Assembly: GCA_027593235.1 (NCBI GenBank)
Contig: JAQCIU010000015.1
Coordinates: 8,847-72,846 of the forward strand
DNA: 64,000 nt
Direction of reading: 5' to 3'
Origin: Chloroflexota bacterium
GTDB taxonomy: Bacteria > Chloroflexota > Dehalococcoidia > UBA2979
Part shown: piece by piece, positions 9,190 to 18,186 of the stretch
How the letters are laid out: every line of letters starts with the position of its first letter
Position numbering within the stretch: position 1 is the first letter of the stretch
Made by a program: the position numbers and the translations under genes
The notes under the pieces: model-generated
What the model saw: only the letters and a program-made list of their open reading frames with translations
Told to the model about the DNA's origin: nothing
Databases searched by the model: none

Positions 9190-9755
9190 CAGCGCGACCC
9201 TTCTGCGGGATCGCGAGTCGGCGCGTCCGGGAGCGTGGACTCGAGCCACGCCTCGTCCTCGGCGGTATCGGGGGCGGCGGACGCGGCGGCGAGCCGTTGC
9301 GCGCGGGTGGCGCGGCCACTGCGCCGCAGTTGCAGCAGGAAGAGGGCGCCGCCGCCGGCGACGAGGAGCAATGAGCCGCCGACCCAGCCGAAGAGAACGA
9401 GGTTGAAGCCCTCGCGAGGGATCTCGGCGAGGACGCGCTGCCCGTAGCGGTTGGAGAAGAAGAAGATGATCTCGTCGTTGGTGCGGCCGGCGACGAGCTG
9501 TTCGCGGATCTGGTGACGCATATCGATGCAGATCGCGATCTCGCAGACGTCCAGACGCTTGTTCGTGCACTGCGGGCAGAGGAGCTGGCGTTCGATGCCG
9601 AGCGCACGAGCCTCCAGGTCGGGCGACAGCTCCTGCGCGCGCGCCGTTCCCGGCGACGAGGCCGCGAGCGTGGCGACGGCGAAGGTGACCGCGGCTACGG
9701 CAACAACGGCGAGCAGGACGCCTCGGAAGGGGAGCCGGATCCGCGAGACGGTCAT
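9189..9755 (-). CDS. ccmH: Cytochrome c biogenesis protein CcmH
   Basis: LLCPQC, MR.QIRE.L..G...DEI...F..RYG..VL. Confidence 0.9.
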   Translation of the reverse strand: MTVSRIRLPFRGVLLAVVAVAAVTFAVATLAASSPGTARAQELSPDLEARALGIERQLLCPQCTNKRLDVCEIAICIDMRHQIREQLVAGRTNDEIIFFFSNRYGQRVLAEIPREGFNLVLFGWVGGSLLLVAGGGALFLLQLRRSGRATRAQRLAAASAAPDTAEDEAWLESTLPDAPTRDPAEGSR

Positions 9756-11758
9756 ACCTGCCGCGCCCCGGTCGGGACCTCGATCTCCGCGCGGACCGGA
9801 GCAGTGCGTCGGGCCGGGGCGAAGGCAAGGAGGCCGCCGAGCGTGTAGATCGCGCCACCGATCCAGAGCCACTGGGTGAGCGGATTGATGAACGCCTGGA
9901 TCTCGGCGTTCTGTTCGCCGTCCCAGCCCTGGATGAAGACGTAGATATCGCGGAGCAGACTGCCATCGATCGCGACGATCGCGACCGGTTGATTCTCGAA
10001 ATTGGTGAAGAACCGCTGGCCGGGCTCGAGCCGGGCGACCAGTTCGCCGTCACGCTCGACACCAACGAGGGCGATGATTTCCTGGTCAATGCCGTTGACC
10101 CCCGGCTCGCGTACGCGGAGGCCGCCGTAGCTGAGGCGGTAGTCGCCGACCTCGAACTGGTCGCCGGGCGCGACGGTGACGCGCACCTGGGTCTGGAAGA
10201 CGGTTGAGCCGATCACGGCGATGGCGATGACGGCGACGCCGGTGTGCACGAGATAGCCGCCGTAGCGGCGGCGGTCGCGTTCGAACAGGGAGCCGAAGGC
10301 GGCGAGCCAGTTCCGACCGCTGGCGCGGCGGGCACCGCGCGCGCCGATGTAGTACTCCCGCCCACTGACGTAGAGCACGACTACGGCAGCGGAGATCGTC
10401 GCGATCGCGAAGGCATCGCGCATCCCAGCCAGGACGAGCGCGATCGGTGCGCCGACGAGCACGACGGCGGGTGTGCGCAGGCGACGCGAGAGCGTGCCGG
10501 GCGCGGCACGGCGCCAGGGGAGCACGGTTCCGAGGGCGATCAGGAGCAGCATCGCGATCCAGATCGGACCGGTGGTGTCGCCGAAGAACGGTGGGCCGAC
10601 GGTGATCCGCGAGCCATCGACAAGCTCGGAGAAGACGGGGAAGAGCGTGCCACCAAGGACGACGAGCGCGAGTGCGACGAGGACGTAGGTGTTGAGGATC
10701 AGCCCGGTCTCGCGGGAGGCGAACGAATCGAAATCGTGCTCCGCGCGCAGCAGCGGCATACGCCAGGCGAGCAGCACGACCGATACGGCGACGACGATGC
10801 CGAGGAGGACGAGGAAATACGGGCCGACCTCGGACTCCGCGAACGAGTGGACGGAGGCGACGAGGCCGCTGCGGACGTTGAAGGTGCCGAAGACGGCGAG
10901 GGCGAAGGCGGAGAGCACGAGGGCGAGGTTCCAGCCCTTCAGCATGCCGCGGCGCTCCTGGACCATGGCGGCGTGGAGGAAGGCGGTCATTGGGAAGAGC
11001 GGGAGGATCGCGGAGTTCTCGACCGGATCCCAGCCCCAGTAGCCGCCCCAGCCGAGCACGGTGTAGGCCCACCACGCGCCGAGGAAGTTGCCGACGCTGA
11101 GGATGAGGAACGATGCGAGCGCCCAGACGCGGGCGTGGCGGAGCCAGGCGGCATCCAGGCGTCCGGACAGCAACGCCGCTGCGCCGAGCACGAACGGGAT
11201 CGAGGTGCTGACCAGCCCGGTGAGTAGGAAAGGCGGGTGAATCAGCATCCCGGGATCGACGAGGAGCGGGTTGAGGCCCTGGCCGTCAGCGGGCGTGATC
11301 GCGCTGACGCGGAACGGCGAGGCGAAGAAGACGAGCGCGACCAGAAACGCGGCGAGCGTGAAGCCCATGGTCGCGAGCGCGTGCGGCGCACCCCAGGGGA
11401 TCTGGCGCAGCGTGGTGGCGGCGAAGACTGCCATGAAGAGCGACATAGTCCAGGTCCAGAAGAGGAGCGAACCTGGCTGCCCGCTGTAGAGCGATGCCCA
11501 TTTCATCCAGGGCTGCATGTCCGAGGAGGACACGGACGCGACATGGGCGATCGAGAAGTCATTCGCCAGCAGCGCGTAGGCCAAGGTGGCGACGGCGAGG
11601 CTCATCAGCATGCCGGTGACGAGGATGGCGCGGCGCGACGCGAGGACGAGCCAGGCTCGTCGGGCGCGGTGACCGTAGACAGCCGCTCCCGCCGCGAACA
11701 GCGAGCTAGCCAGTGCAGTCAGGAGCGCGGAGGCTCCCAACGTGGCGATCACGTTCAC
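9752..11758 (-). CDS. ccmF: Cytochrome c heme lyase CcmF
   Basis: GLNPLL...HPP, WAYTVLGWGGYWGWDPVEN, RSGLVASVHSF. Confidence 0.96.
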   Translation of the reverse strand: MNVIATLGASALLTALASSLFAAGAAVYGHRARRAWLVLASRRAILVTGMLMSLAVATLAYALLANDFSIAHVASVSSSDMQPWMKWASLYSGQPGSLLFWTWTMSLFMAVFAATTLRQIPWGAPHALATMGFTLAAFLVALVFFASPFRVSAITPADGQGLNPLLVDPGMLIHPPFLLTGLVSTSIPFVLGAAALLSGRLDAAWLRHARVWALASFLILSVGNFLGAWWAYTVLGWGGYWGWDPVENSAILPLFPMTAFLHAAMVQERRGMLKGWNLALVLSAFALAVFGTFNVRSGLVASVHSFAESEVGPYFLVLLGIVVAVSVVLLAWRMPLLRAEHDFDSFASRETGLILNTYVLVALALVVLGGTLFPVFSELVDGSRITVGPPFFGDTTGPIWIAMLLLIALGTVLPWRRAAPGTLSRRLRTPAVVLVGAPIALVLAGMRDAFAIATISAAVVVLYVSGREYYIGARGARRASGRNWLAAFGSLFERDRRRYGGYLVHTGVAVIAIAVIGSTVFQTQVRVTVAPGDQFEVGDYRLSYGGLRVREPGVNGIDQEIIALVGVERDGELVARLEPGQRFFTNFENQPVAIVAIDGSLLRDIYVFIQGWDGEQNAEIQAFINPLTQWLWIGGAIYTLGGLLAFAPARRTAPVRAEIEVPTGARQV

Positions 11759-11800
11759 AGCATGTCCTCCCGCGCGGCACGAGCCGCCGGCCGGGCCTCG

Positions 11801-12292
11801 CTACGAGGCGGGAACCAGGCCGGAGCTTGGCGAATCTGGCGGTGGGGTATCGGAGAAGAATTCGTTTTCGTGCTTGATCACGAGGTTGCTGGCCTCGAAA
11901 TGCCCATCGGCGTGGAGCTTGCCTTCGATGACGACGAACGCATTGGCGGTGAAGAGGTTGGGAACGATGCCGTCGTAGCGGACGGCGATGCGTTCGCCGG
12001 TATCGCCGGCGATATCGAAGGCGACGGGGCGACCGTTTTCCTCGACGATTGTGCCCTCGACGACGCGGCCGCCGACGCGCCAGCGATCGCCCTCGTTACC
12101 GGCGATTTGCGCGAGGAACTCGTCCGGTTCGACGTAGTAGGAGAGATCGCCGGAGGCGGCGCGGAAGGCCAGTGCGCCGATGGCGACGGTGGAGACGAGC
12201 AGCAGCAGCAGCAGCCGGTTGCGGTTACTTGAGAGGAATCCTCCGCCGCGATGCGGCGGAGGTGCTGCAGGTCCGGTGGTCGCCGTGCTCAC
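11801..12292 (-). CDS. ccmE: Heme chaperone CcmE
   Basis: YYVEP, RVGGRV, V.YDGIVPNLF, VVIEG, KHENEF heme-binding His; GTG start with GAGG RBS. Confidence 0.85.
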   Translation of the reverse strand: MSTATTGPAAPPPHRGGGFLSSNRNRLLLLLLVSTVAIGALAFRAASGDLSYYVEPDEFLAQIAGNEGDRWRVGGRVVEGTIVEENGRPVAFDIAGDTGERIAVRYDGIVPNLFTANAFVVIEGKLHADGHFEASNLVIKHENEFFSDTPPPDSPSSGLVPAS

Positions 12293-12302
12293 GGTTGCCG
12301 CC

Positions 12303-12848
12303 TCATGACTCCCCAATCGCCGCAAGTCGTTCACGGAGCGGCGCTTCGGTGAGCACGCCGATGTACTTCCGATCGACGACCAGCCCGGGCTTGAGGAAGA
12401 ACGCCTCCGGGATTGAGATCACACCGTAGTCCAGGTAGGCCGTGCCGTCCCCGTCGATCACGACTGGGAAGGTGAGGCCATGTCGGTTCACGAACTCGCG
12501 AGCGGCGTCCTCGCCATCCCAGATATTGACGCCGACGAAGGTGTAGCCCAGGGCCTCGTATTCAGGCCAGAGCTTCTGAATCACCGGGGCTTCGTCCTCG
12601 CACGGACCGCACCAACTCGCCCAGAAGTAGATGAAGACCGGGGCCGTGGCGTGCTCGCTGAGGATGAAACGGGATCCATCGAAGCGGGGGAGATCGAAGT
12701 CGATGCCGGAAGAGAGGCTGGAATCGGTCGCGCCGACGTCGGTGCCGCCGACATCACGGGCGATGGCGACGCCCATCGCGACGATCAAGGCAGCGGCGAC
12801 CGTCCCCACGGCCGCGACGAGAACGCGGCTGAACTTCCCGCTGCTCAT
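12303..12848 (-). CDS. TlpA/ResA (CcmG-like) membrane-anchored thioredoxin
   Basis: N-terminal TM, FWASWCGPC, YGV.SIPEAF. Confidence 0.9.
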   Translation of the reverse strand: MSSGKFSRVLVAAVGTVAAALIVAMGVAIARDVGGTDVGATDSSLSSGIDFDLPRFDGSRFILSEHATAPVFIYFWASWCGPCEDEAPVIQKLWPEYEALGYTFVGVNIWDGEDAAREFVNRHGLTFPVVIDGDGTAYLDYGVISIPEAFFLKPGLVVDRKYIGVLTEAPLRERLAAIGES

Positions 12849-13212
12849 GACGGGGTCGAGGCTACGTCGGCGTCGGGTGGGGTTCAACGCGTACGAGGAG
12901 TGCTCGAACACGAATGCTTTTCGATCGCGGCGGGTGCACGAATGGTTCACATGTTTGAGCTGATCTTCAGGGGCTCGCGAGGTTGCACCGAGGGACGGAA
13001 AACACGAGTGTTTACGGGCGAATTGCGTCGGATAGAGGGGGTGGGGTGGGATCCGGTATGGAGGTGGTGGGGGCTCGGAATGCTTGACCGCATCGGGGGG
13101 CAATGCTACTCACTAGCAGGCGGCGAGCGCCGGGCTGCGCCGCACGGACCAAACCCAGCGTGGGATTGGTCTCGCCAAGATGGCATCGCGCCCGGATCGC
13201 GGAGGCAAGTGC

Positions 13213-14238
13213 TTGCGTCCTTCAGCGCGCGCCATCTCACTCACCATCATTTCGCTCGTATCAGTGCTTGTCGTCTCGTATCTGATCTGGCTCGGGTGGG
13301 ACGCAACCACCTCGGACCCACAGACGACGCTGTCACCGCTGTCCGACAACGCGGTTGCGGTGAACGACGTGTACACGCTGATCACGATCCTCGCCGGCAT
13401 CGTGATGGTCGGCATCCTGACGCTGACGCTCGCCTTCGCGGTGGTGTTCCGCGAGCGCCCCGGTCGTGAGGCGCAGCAGTTCCACGGCAATCCACGCCTT
13501 GAGGTCTTCTGGACGCTGATCCCGGTGATCATCGTGGTTGCGATCGCCGTCCCGAGCTTCTCGGTCATCATCGATACGACCGGCGACGCGCCGGACGAGT
13601 CGCTCGAGGTTGTTGCGTCGGGCCACCAGTGGTGGTTCGAGTTCAGCTACCCGGATCTGGGGATCACGACGGCGAACGAGCTGCATATCCCTGTGAACAC
13701 GCCAATCAACGTCGAACTGCGCTCGGTCGACGTGATCCACTCTTTCTGGGTGCCACAGCTCAGCGGCAAGGTGGACATGGTGCCCGGGCACAACAACAAG
13801 CTGTGGTTCACGCCGAACACCACGGGCGAATACCTGGGTCAGTGCGCCGAGTTCTGCGGTACTTCGCACGCAAACATGCGTTTCCGCGTCTTTGTGCAAA
13901 CACAGGCTGAATTCGACGCGTGGGCTGCATCGCAGTCCGCTGACGCCGCACCGGCGGAGGGCGACCTGGCCGTCGCCGGGGAGAAGATCGCCACGAGCAC
14001 GTGCGCGGCCTGTCACACGATTCGCGGCACGACAGCCGCCGGGACGATCGGACCGGACCTGACGCACGTCGGGTCACGAACGACGATCGCCTCGGGAATC
14101 CTCGAAAACAGCGAGGCGGATCTGCGGGCGTGGTTGGCGGACCCGTTGGCCGAGAAGCCGGGTTCGAAGATGCCGAATCTGAACCTCAGTACCGAGCAGA
14201 TCGACCAGTTGGTGGCCTACCTGCAGGGGCTCGACTAG
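13213..14238 (+). CDS. coxB: Cytochrome c oxidase subunit II with fused cytochrome c (caa3-type)
   Basis: HQWWFEF, DVIHSFWVP, CAEFCGTSHANM CuA site, C-terminal CAACH...SKMP; TTG start after GGAGG (ATG 13180 possible). Confidence 0.93.
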   Translation: MRPSARAISLTIISLVSVLVVSYLIWLGWDATTSDPQTTLSPLSDNAVAVNDVYTLITILAGIVMVGILTLTLAFAVVFRERPGREAQQFHGNPRLEVFWTLIPVIIVVAIAVPSFSVIIDTTGDAPDESLEVVASGHQWWFEFSYPDLGITTANELHIPVNTPINVELRSVDVIHSFWVPQLSGKVDMVPGHNNKLWFTPNTTGEYLGQCAEFCGTSHANMRFRVFVQTQAEFDAWAASQSADAAPAEGDLAVAGEKIATSTCAACHTIRGTTAAGTIGPDLTHVGSRTTIASGILENSEADLRAWLADPLAEKPGSKMPNLNLSTEQIDQLVAYLQGLD

Positions 14239-14269
14239 GGATCGGGGTACCACCCCAGCGCAGGAATCT

Positions 14270-14344
14270 GGACCACCGGGTCCTAACGGAGGCTTGGGCC
14301 GCGAGGTCCTAACGGAGGCCCGGGCCGCAAGGCCCTAACGGAGG
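14270..14344 (+). repeat. Three 26-bp-period hairpin+TAACGGAGG units in coxB-ctaD spacer
   Basis: GGACC-ACCG-GGTCC TAACGGAGG; GGGCC-GCGA-GGTCC TAACGGAGG; GGGCC-GCAA-GGCCC TAACGGAGG. Confidence 0.85.
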
Positions 14345-14350
14345 AACGAG

Positions 14351-16153
14351 ATGGCGACTGCCGCCGGTACCCTGTCGCAACCGTACGAGGAATCCAGCGT
14401 CTGGAGCTGGCTGACGACGGTCGATCACAAGAAGATCGGCACGATGTACGGCATCAGCGGATTTGTGTTCTTCCTGATCGGCGGCTTTGAAGCGCTGATG
14501 ATTCGGACCCAGCTCGCGGTGCCGAACGGCACGGTGGTCGACGCGGATCGCTTCAACCAGCTCTTTACGATGCACGCGCTCACGATGATTTTCCTGGCCA
14601 TCATGCCGTTGGGTGCCGCCTTCTTTAACTACTTCCTGCCGCTGATGATCGGCGCGCGCGACGTGGCGTTCCCACGCCTGAATGCACTGTCGTACTGGAC
14701 GTTCCTCGGGGGCGCGTTGCTGCTGACCAGCAGCTTCATCTTCGGTGGGGCGCCGGATGGCGGCTGGTTCGCTTACGCGCCGCTGTCCTCGGAAGAGTTC
14801 TCGCCGGGCACTGGCCTCGACTTTTACGTCGTTGGACTGTTGATCCTCGGGACGTCGTCATTGATGGCGTCGCTGAACTTCGCGGTCACGGTCATCAACA
14901 TGCGTGCGCCGGGACTGAGCATGATGCGGCTCCCGGTATTCATCTGGATGATGTTGGTCGTCAACTTCCTGCTGATTCTGTCGCTGCCGGTGATCACCGT
15001 TGCGTTGATTCAGCTCCTCTTCGACCGCAACTTCACCACGAACTTCTTCACCGCGAGCGAGGGCGGCGACCCGATCCTCTGGCAGCACCTGTTTTGGGTG
15101 TTCGCTCACCCTGAGGTCTACGTCCTGATCCTGCCATCGATGGGCATTGTGTCCGAGGTGCTCCCGGTCTTCGCGCGGAAGCCGCTGTTCGGGTACTCGG
15201 CGGTCGTGTTCGCTGGCGTCGCGATCGCGGTGCTGGGCTTCGCGGTGTGGAGCCACCACATGTTCACCACTGGGCTGGACACGGTGCCGCAGGTGGTCTT
15301 CTCAGCGAGCACGATGGCGATCGCGGTGCCAACCGGGATCAAGATCTTCAACTGGCTGGGCACGCTGTACGGCGGCAATCTGCATTTCAATACCGCGATG
15401 TACTTTGCGGTGGCGTTTATCGCGCTGTTTACCATCGGTGGCCTGTCCGGCGTGATGCACGCGAGCCCGCCGGTGGACAGCCAGCAGCAGGACTCCTACT
15501 TCATCGTTGCGCACATCCATTACGTGCTCTTCGGCGGGGCGATCGTCGGGATCTTCGCAGGCATCTACTACTGGTTCCCGAAGATGACCGGGCGGTTCCT
15601 GGACGAGACGCAGGGCAAGCTCAGCTTCTGGCTGCTGTTCGCCGGGATGAACATCACCTTCTTCCCCATGCACTTCCTGGGTCTCGCCGGAATGCCGCGC
15701 CGGATCTACACGTACGACTCCGACCTGGGCTGGGACACGTGGAACCTGGTGGCGACGATTGGGTCTTACACCATTGCCCTCGGAGTCCTGGTGTTCCTGG
15801 TGAACTTCTTCCAGACGATGCGGAAGGAGCCGACGGCCGGGGACAACCCGTGGGACGCCGCGACGCTGGAGTGGGCGACTAGCTCGCCGCCGCCGGAGCA
15901 CGACTTCGACGTGATTCCGGTGGTCCGCGACCGCGACCCGCTGTGGTACGACCGCGACCACGCGATCGCGAAGCCGGAACGGCCCGCGGAGCTACACATT
16001 CACCTGCCACCGCCGTCGTACTTCCCGTTGTTGATCGGCGGCGGCATGCTGCTGCTCGGGGTTGGGGTGCTGTCGCACCTGGCGGTGACGGCGCTGGGCG
16101 TCGCGATCATCGTGTATTCGGTGTGGGGTTGGGCGCTGGAGCCCACGGACTAA
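14351..16153 (+). CDS. ctaD: Cytochrome c oxidase subunit I (A1-type)
   Basis: DHKKIG, TMHAL, HPEVY, WSHHMF, VAHIHY, GMPRRI. Confidence 0.97.
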   Translation: MATAAGTLSQPYEESSVWSWLTTVDHKKIGTMYGISGFVFFLIGGFEALMIRTQLAVPNGTVVDADRFNQLFTMHALTMIFLAIMPLGAAFFNYFLPLMIGARDVAFPRLNALSYWTFLGGALLLTSSFIFGGAPDGGWFAYAPLSSEEFSPGTGLDFYVVGLLILGTSSLMASLNFAVTVINMRAPGLSMMRLPVFIWMMLVVNFLLILSLPVITVALIQLLFDRNFTTNFFTASEGGDPILWQHLFWVFAHPEVYVLILPSMGIVSEVLPVFARKPLFGYSAVVFAGVAIAVLGFAVWSHHMFTTGLDTVPQVVFSASTMAIAVPTGIKIFNWLGTLYGGNLHFNTAMYFAVAFIALFTIGGLSGVMHASPPVDSQQQDSYFIVAHIHYVLFGGAIVGIFAGIYYWFPKMTGRFLDETQGKLSFWLLFAGMNITFFPMHFLGLAGMPRRIYTYDSDLGWDTWNLVATIGSYTIALGVLVFLVNFFQTMRKEPTAGDNPWDAATLEWATSSPPPEHDFDVIPVVRDRDPLWYDRDHAIAKPERPAELHIHLPPPSYFPLLIGGGMLLLGVGVLSHLAVTALGVAIIVYSVWGWALEPTD

Positions 16154-16209
16154 TCCTTTAGAAGCGGGCGAACCGCGGAGCGTTTCGGCGCGGCGCGCAG
16201 GGAGCGGAC

Positions 16210-16806
16210 ATGGCAGCTAGCGAAGCGGCACACGGTGAGCATCACGCATCCGCGGGTGTTGATAACCGCCTGCTGCTCATGTGGATCTTCCTGGCCTCGG
16301 AGTGTCTGTTCTTCGGGTCGCTGATTTCGACATACCTGATCTTCAAAGGCGAGTCGCTGGTGCGGCCGCTACCCGACGATCTCTTCGACATTCCACTGAC
16401 CTCGACCAGCACTTTCGTGCTGCTCATTAGCTCATTCACGATGGTGCTTGCGGTGCACGGAGCGCAGCACGCGCTCCCGAAGATGATGAAGCTGTCGCTG
16501 TTGGCGACGATTCTCCTCGGCCTCGTTTTCCTGGGTTTCCAGGTGTACGAGTTCCGAACGTTCGGCCAAGAGGGGCTGAATCTTTCGACGAACCAGTTCG
16601 GAGCGTCGTTCTTCGTCCTGACGGGCTTCCACGGGACGCACGTCGGTGTTGGGGTCCTGTACCTGTCCTCGATGTTGTTCGGCTCGATGCGGCGGAACGG
16701 GCTAGGCAAGGACGTCGGCACGCACCTGGAGATTGCCGGGTTGTACTGGCACTTCGTCGACATCGTGTGGATCGTGATCTTCACGGTCATCTACTTGATT
16801 CCGTAG
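16210..16806 (+). CDS. ctaE: Cytochrome c oxidase subunit III
   Basis: WIFLASE, TGFHGTHV, YWHFVDIVW. Confidence 0.95.
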   Translation: MAASEAAHGEHHASAGVDNRLLLMWIFLASECLFFGSLISTYLIFKGESLVRPLPDDLFDIPLTSTSTFVLLISSFTMVLAVHGAQHALPKMMKLSLLATILLGLVFLGFQVYEFRTFGQEGLNLSTNQFGASFFVLTGFHGTHVGVGVLYLSSMLFGSMRRNGLGKDVGTHLEIAGLYWHFVDIVWIVIFTVIYLIP

Positions 16807-16818
16807 GGAGGCCGCTCA

Positions 16819-17217
16819 ATGGCGAGTAACGCACACGCCGCAGAAGAGTCCCACGGGTCACCGCTGGGTCCGAAGCAGTACATCCAGATCACGATCGGTC
16901 TGGGCATCATTACCGCGGTCGAGTTAGCCGTGTCCTACGCGGGCCTCGCAACGGCGGTGTTCGTGCCGATCTTGATCATTCTCTCGGGGGTGAAGTTCGC
17001 CGTCGTCGTCGCGCTGTTCATGCACCTGCGGTTCGAGTCCCGATTGTTCACACAGATGTTCCTGTTTGGTTTGGTGCTGGCGTCGGCGATTTTGATTTCG
17101 TTGCTCGCCGTGTTCTGGAACGACCCGTCCGATGCACTCGGCGGGGGTGAACTGCCACCGCTTGAGGGCCATGGCGCCGCGCACCAGCTATTCCTGGGAG
17201 CGCCCGACCAGCTCTAG
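16819..17217 (+). CDS. Cytochrome c oxidase subunit IV family
   Basis: IT.VE, KFAVVVALFMHLRFE, 3 TM. Confidence 0.85.
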   Translation: MASNAHAAEESHGSPLGPKQYIQITIGLGIITAVELAVSYAGLATAVFVPILIILSGVKFAVVVALFMHLRFESRLFTQMFLFGLVLASAILISLLAVFWNDPSDALGGGELPPLEGHGAAHQLFLGAPDQL

Positions 17218-17241
17218 TCACGATTTCCCAGATGTGAGGAC

Positions 17242-17270
17242 GAAGGCGGGCCGCGATGCGGCCCGTTTCC
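17242..17270 (+). terminator. Intrinsic terminator of cox operon
   Basis: GCGGGCCGC-GAT-GCGGCCCGT followed by TT. Confidence 0.6.
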
Positions 17271-17341
17271 GCGTCTGCTCCCGTCCCGCCGAAGGCGTGT
17301 CGCCCTCGAGGGGTGACTCCGGTTGGCGCCGTGGGTGCGTG

Positions 17342-18001
17342 TCAGTCGCTGGTGCGCGGGAGCAAGTCGTGCGTACCGAAGTCGCGGTCCCAGTCCGCGG
17401 GGAGCACCGGCGGCGGGTCCGTGTGTTGCGGGCGCCAGTGCTCCCAATCGGCGCGGAATGGGTAGGCGCGCCCCTCGAGGCGTCGAATGACCTCGTTGCC
17501 GGCGGCGCGGACGCGCGCGTGGTGCGCTGGCGAGTCGATGCCGAGTTCCAGGCGGCGCGCGAACTCCTCCTCGTCCTTCCACCACCAGCGGCCGTCCGGA
17601 CGCGCGGCGACGTCGAGGGCGTGATCGCGCGTGTCGATGCCGATCGGGGTGTCGACGTAGGGGGCCTCAAGGTTCCCGTACCACCAGTTGAACTTCCAGT
17701 CGGGGCCGAAGAGGAGCCAGACGGAGAACGGCTCGTCGCGGAAGTGGAGGCGGATGGTGTCGTTGGTCCAGGGGCGGTCGAGCTTCGGGCGATCGGCTGC
17801 GGCCGGCAGGGTATCGAGGGCGGCGACACGATCCTCGGGAGCGACGTCGGGCACGGACTTAGTCAGGGTGCCGTCCGCGAGGTGGATGGCGAGGACGCGG
17901 TCAGAGTCCTCGATGACGCGCGTCGGGATCGCCTGGGCGACGGTGCCGTCGCCGTCGATGTAGCGAAGGACGAGCGTGTCACCGGCGTTCCAGCGTCCCA
18001 T
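17342..18001 (-). CDS. DUF402 domain protein
   Basis: WYGNLEAP, DT.DHALDV, WKDEEEF. Confidence 0.85.
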   Translation of the reverse strand: MGRWNAGDTLVLRYIDGDGTVAQAIPTRVIEDSDRVLAIHLADGTLTKSVPDVAPEDRVAALDTLPAAADRPKLDRPWTNDTIRLHFRDEPFSVWLLFGPDWKFNWWYGNLEAPYVDTPIGIDTRDHALDVAARPDGRWWWKDEEEFARRLELGIDSPAHHARVRAAGNEVIRRLEGRAYPFRADWEHWRPQHTDPPPVLPADWDRDFGTHDLLPRTSD

Positions 18002-18186
18002 GGTGAGAGTATAGGCAGGAATGGAGATGGAGCGGCTGTGGTGCGCTGTGGTCGTCGCGAGGTGCCAGCTCCGCGGTCTAGGGAGCGTCAGGGGAACCCG
18101 ATTGACCACCTGCGGCGCGCGGCCTAGGCTGGGGCGGATCGAGGCTTTGTGTATCGAGTACACAAACAGCACCGAACGGACTCGCC

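Noticed and set aside
13084-13112. Sigma70-like promoter TTGACC-N17-TACTCA for coxB
   Set aside because: The -10 lacks the conserved final T; too weak to call without TSS data
14270-14344. CRISPR mini-array
   Set aside because: Period is only 26 bp, there are no unique spacers and no cas genes
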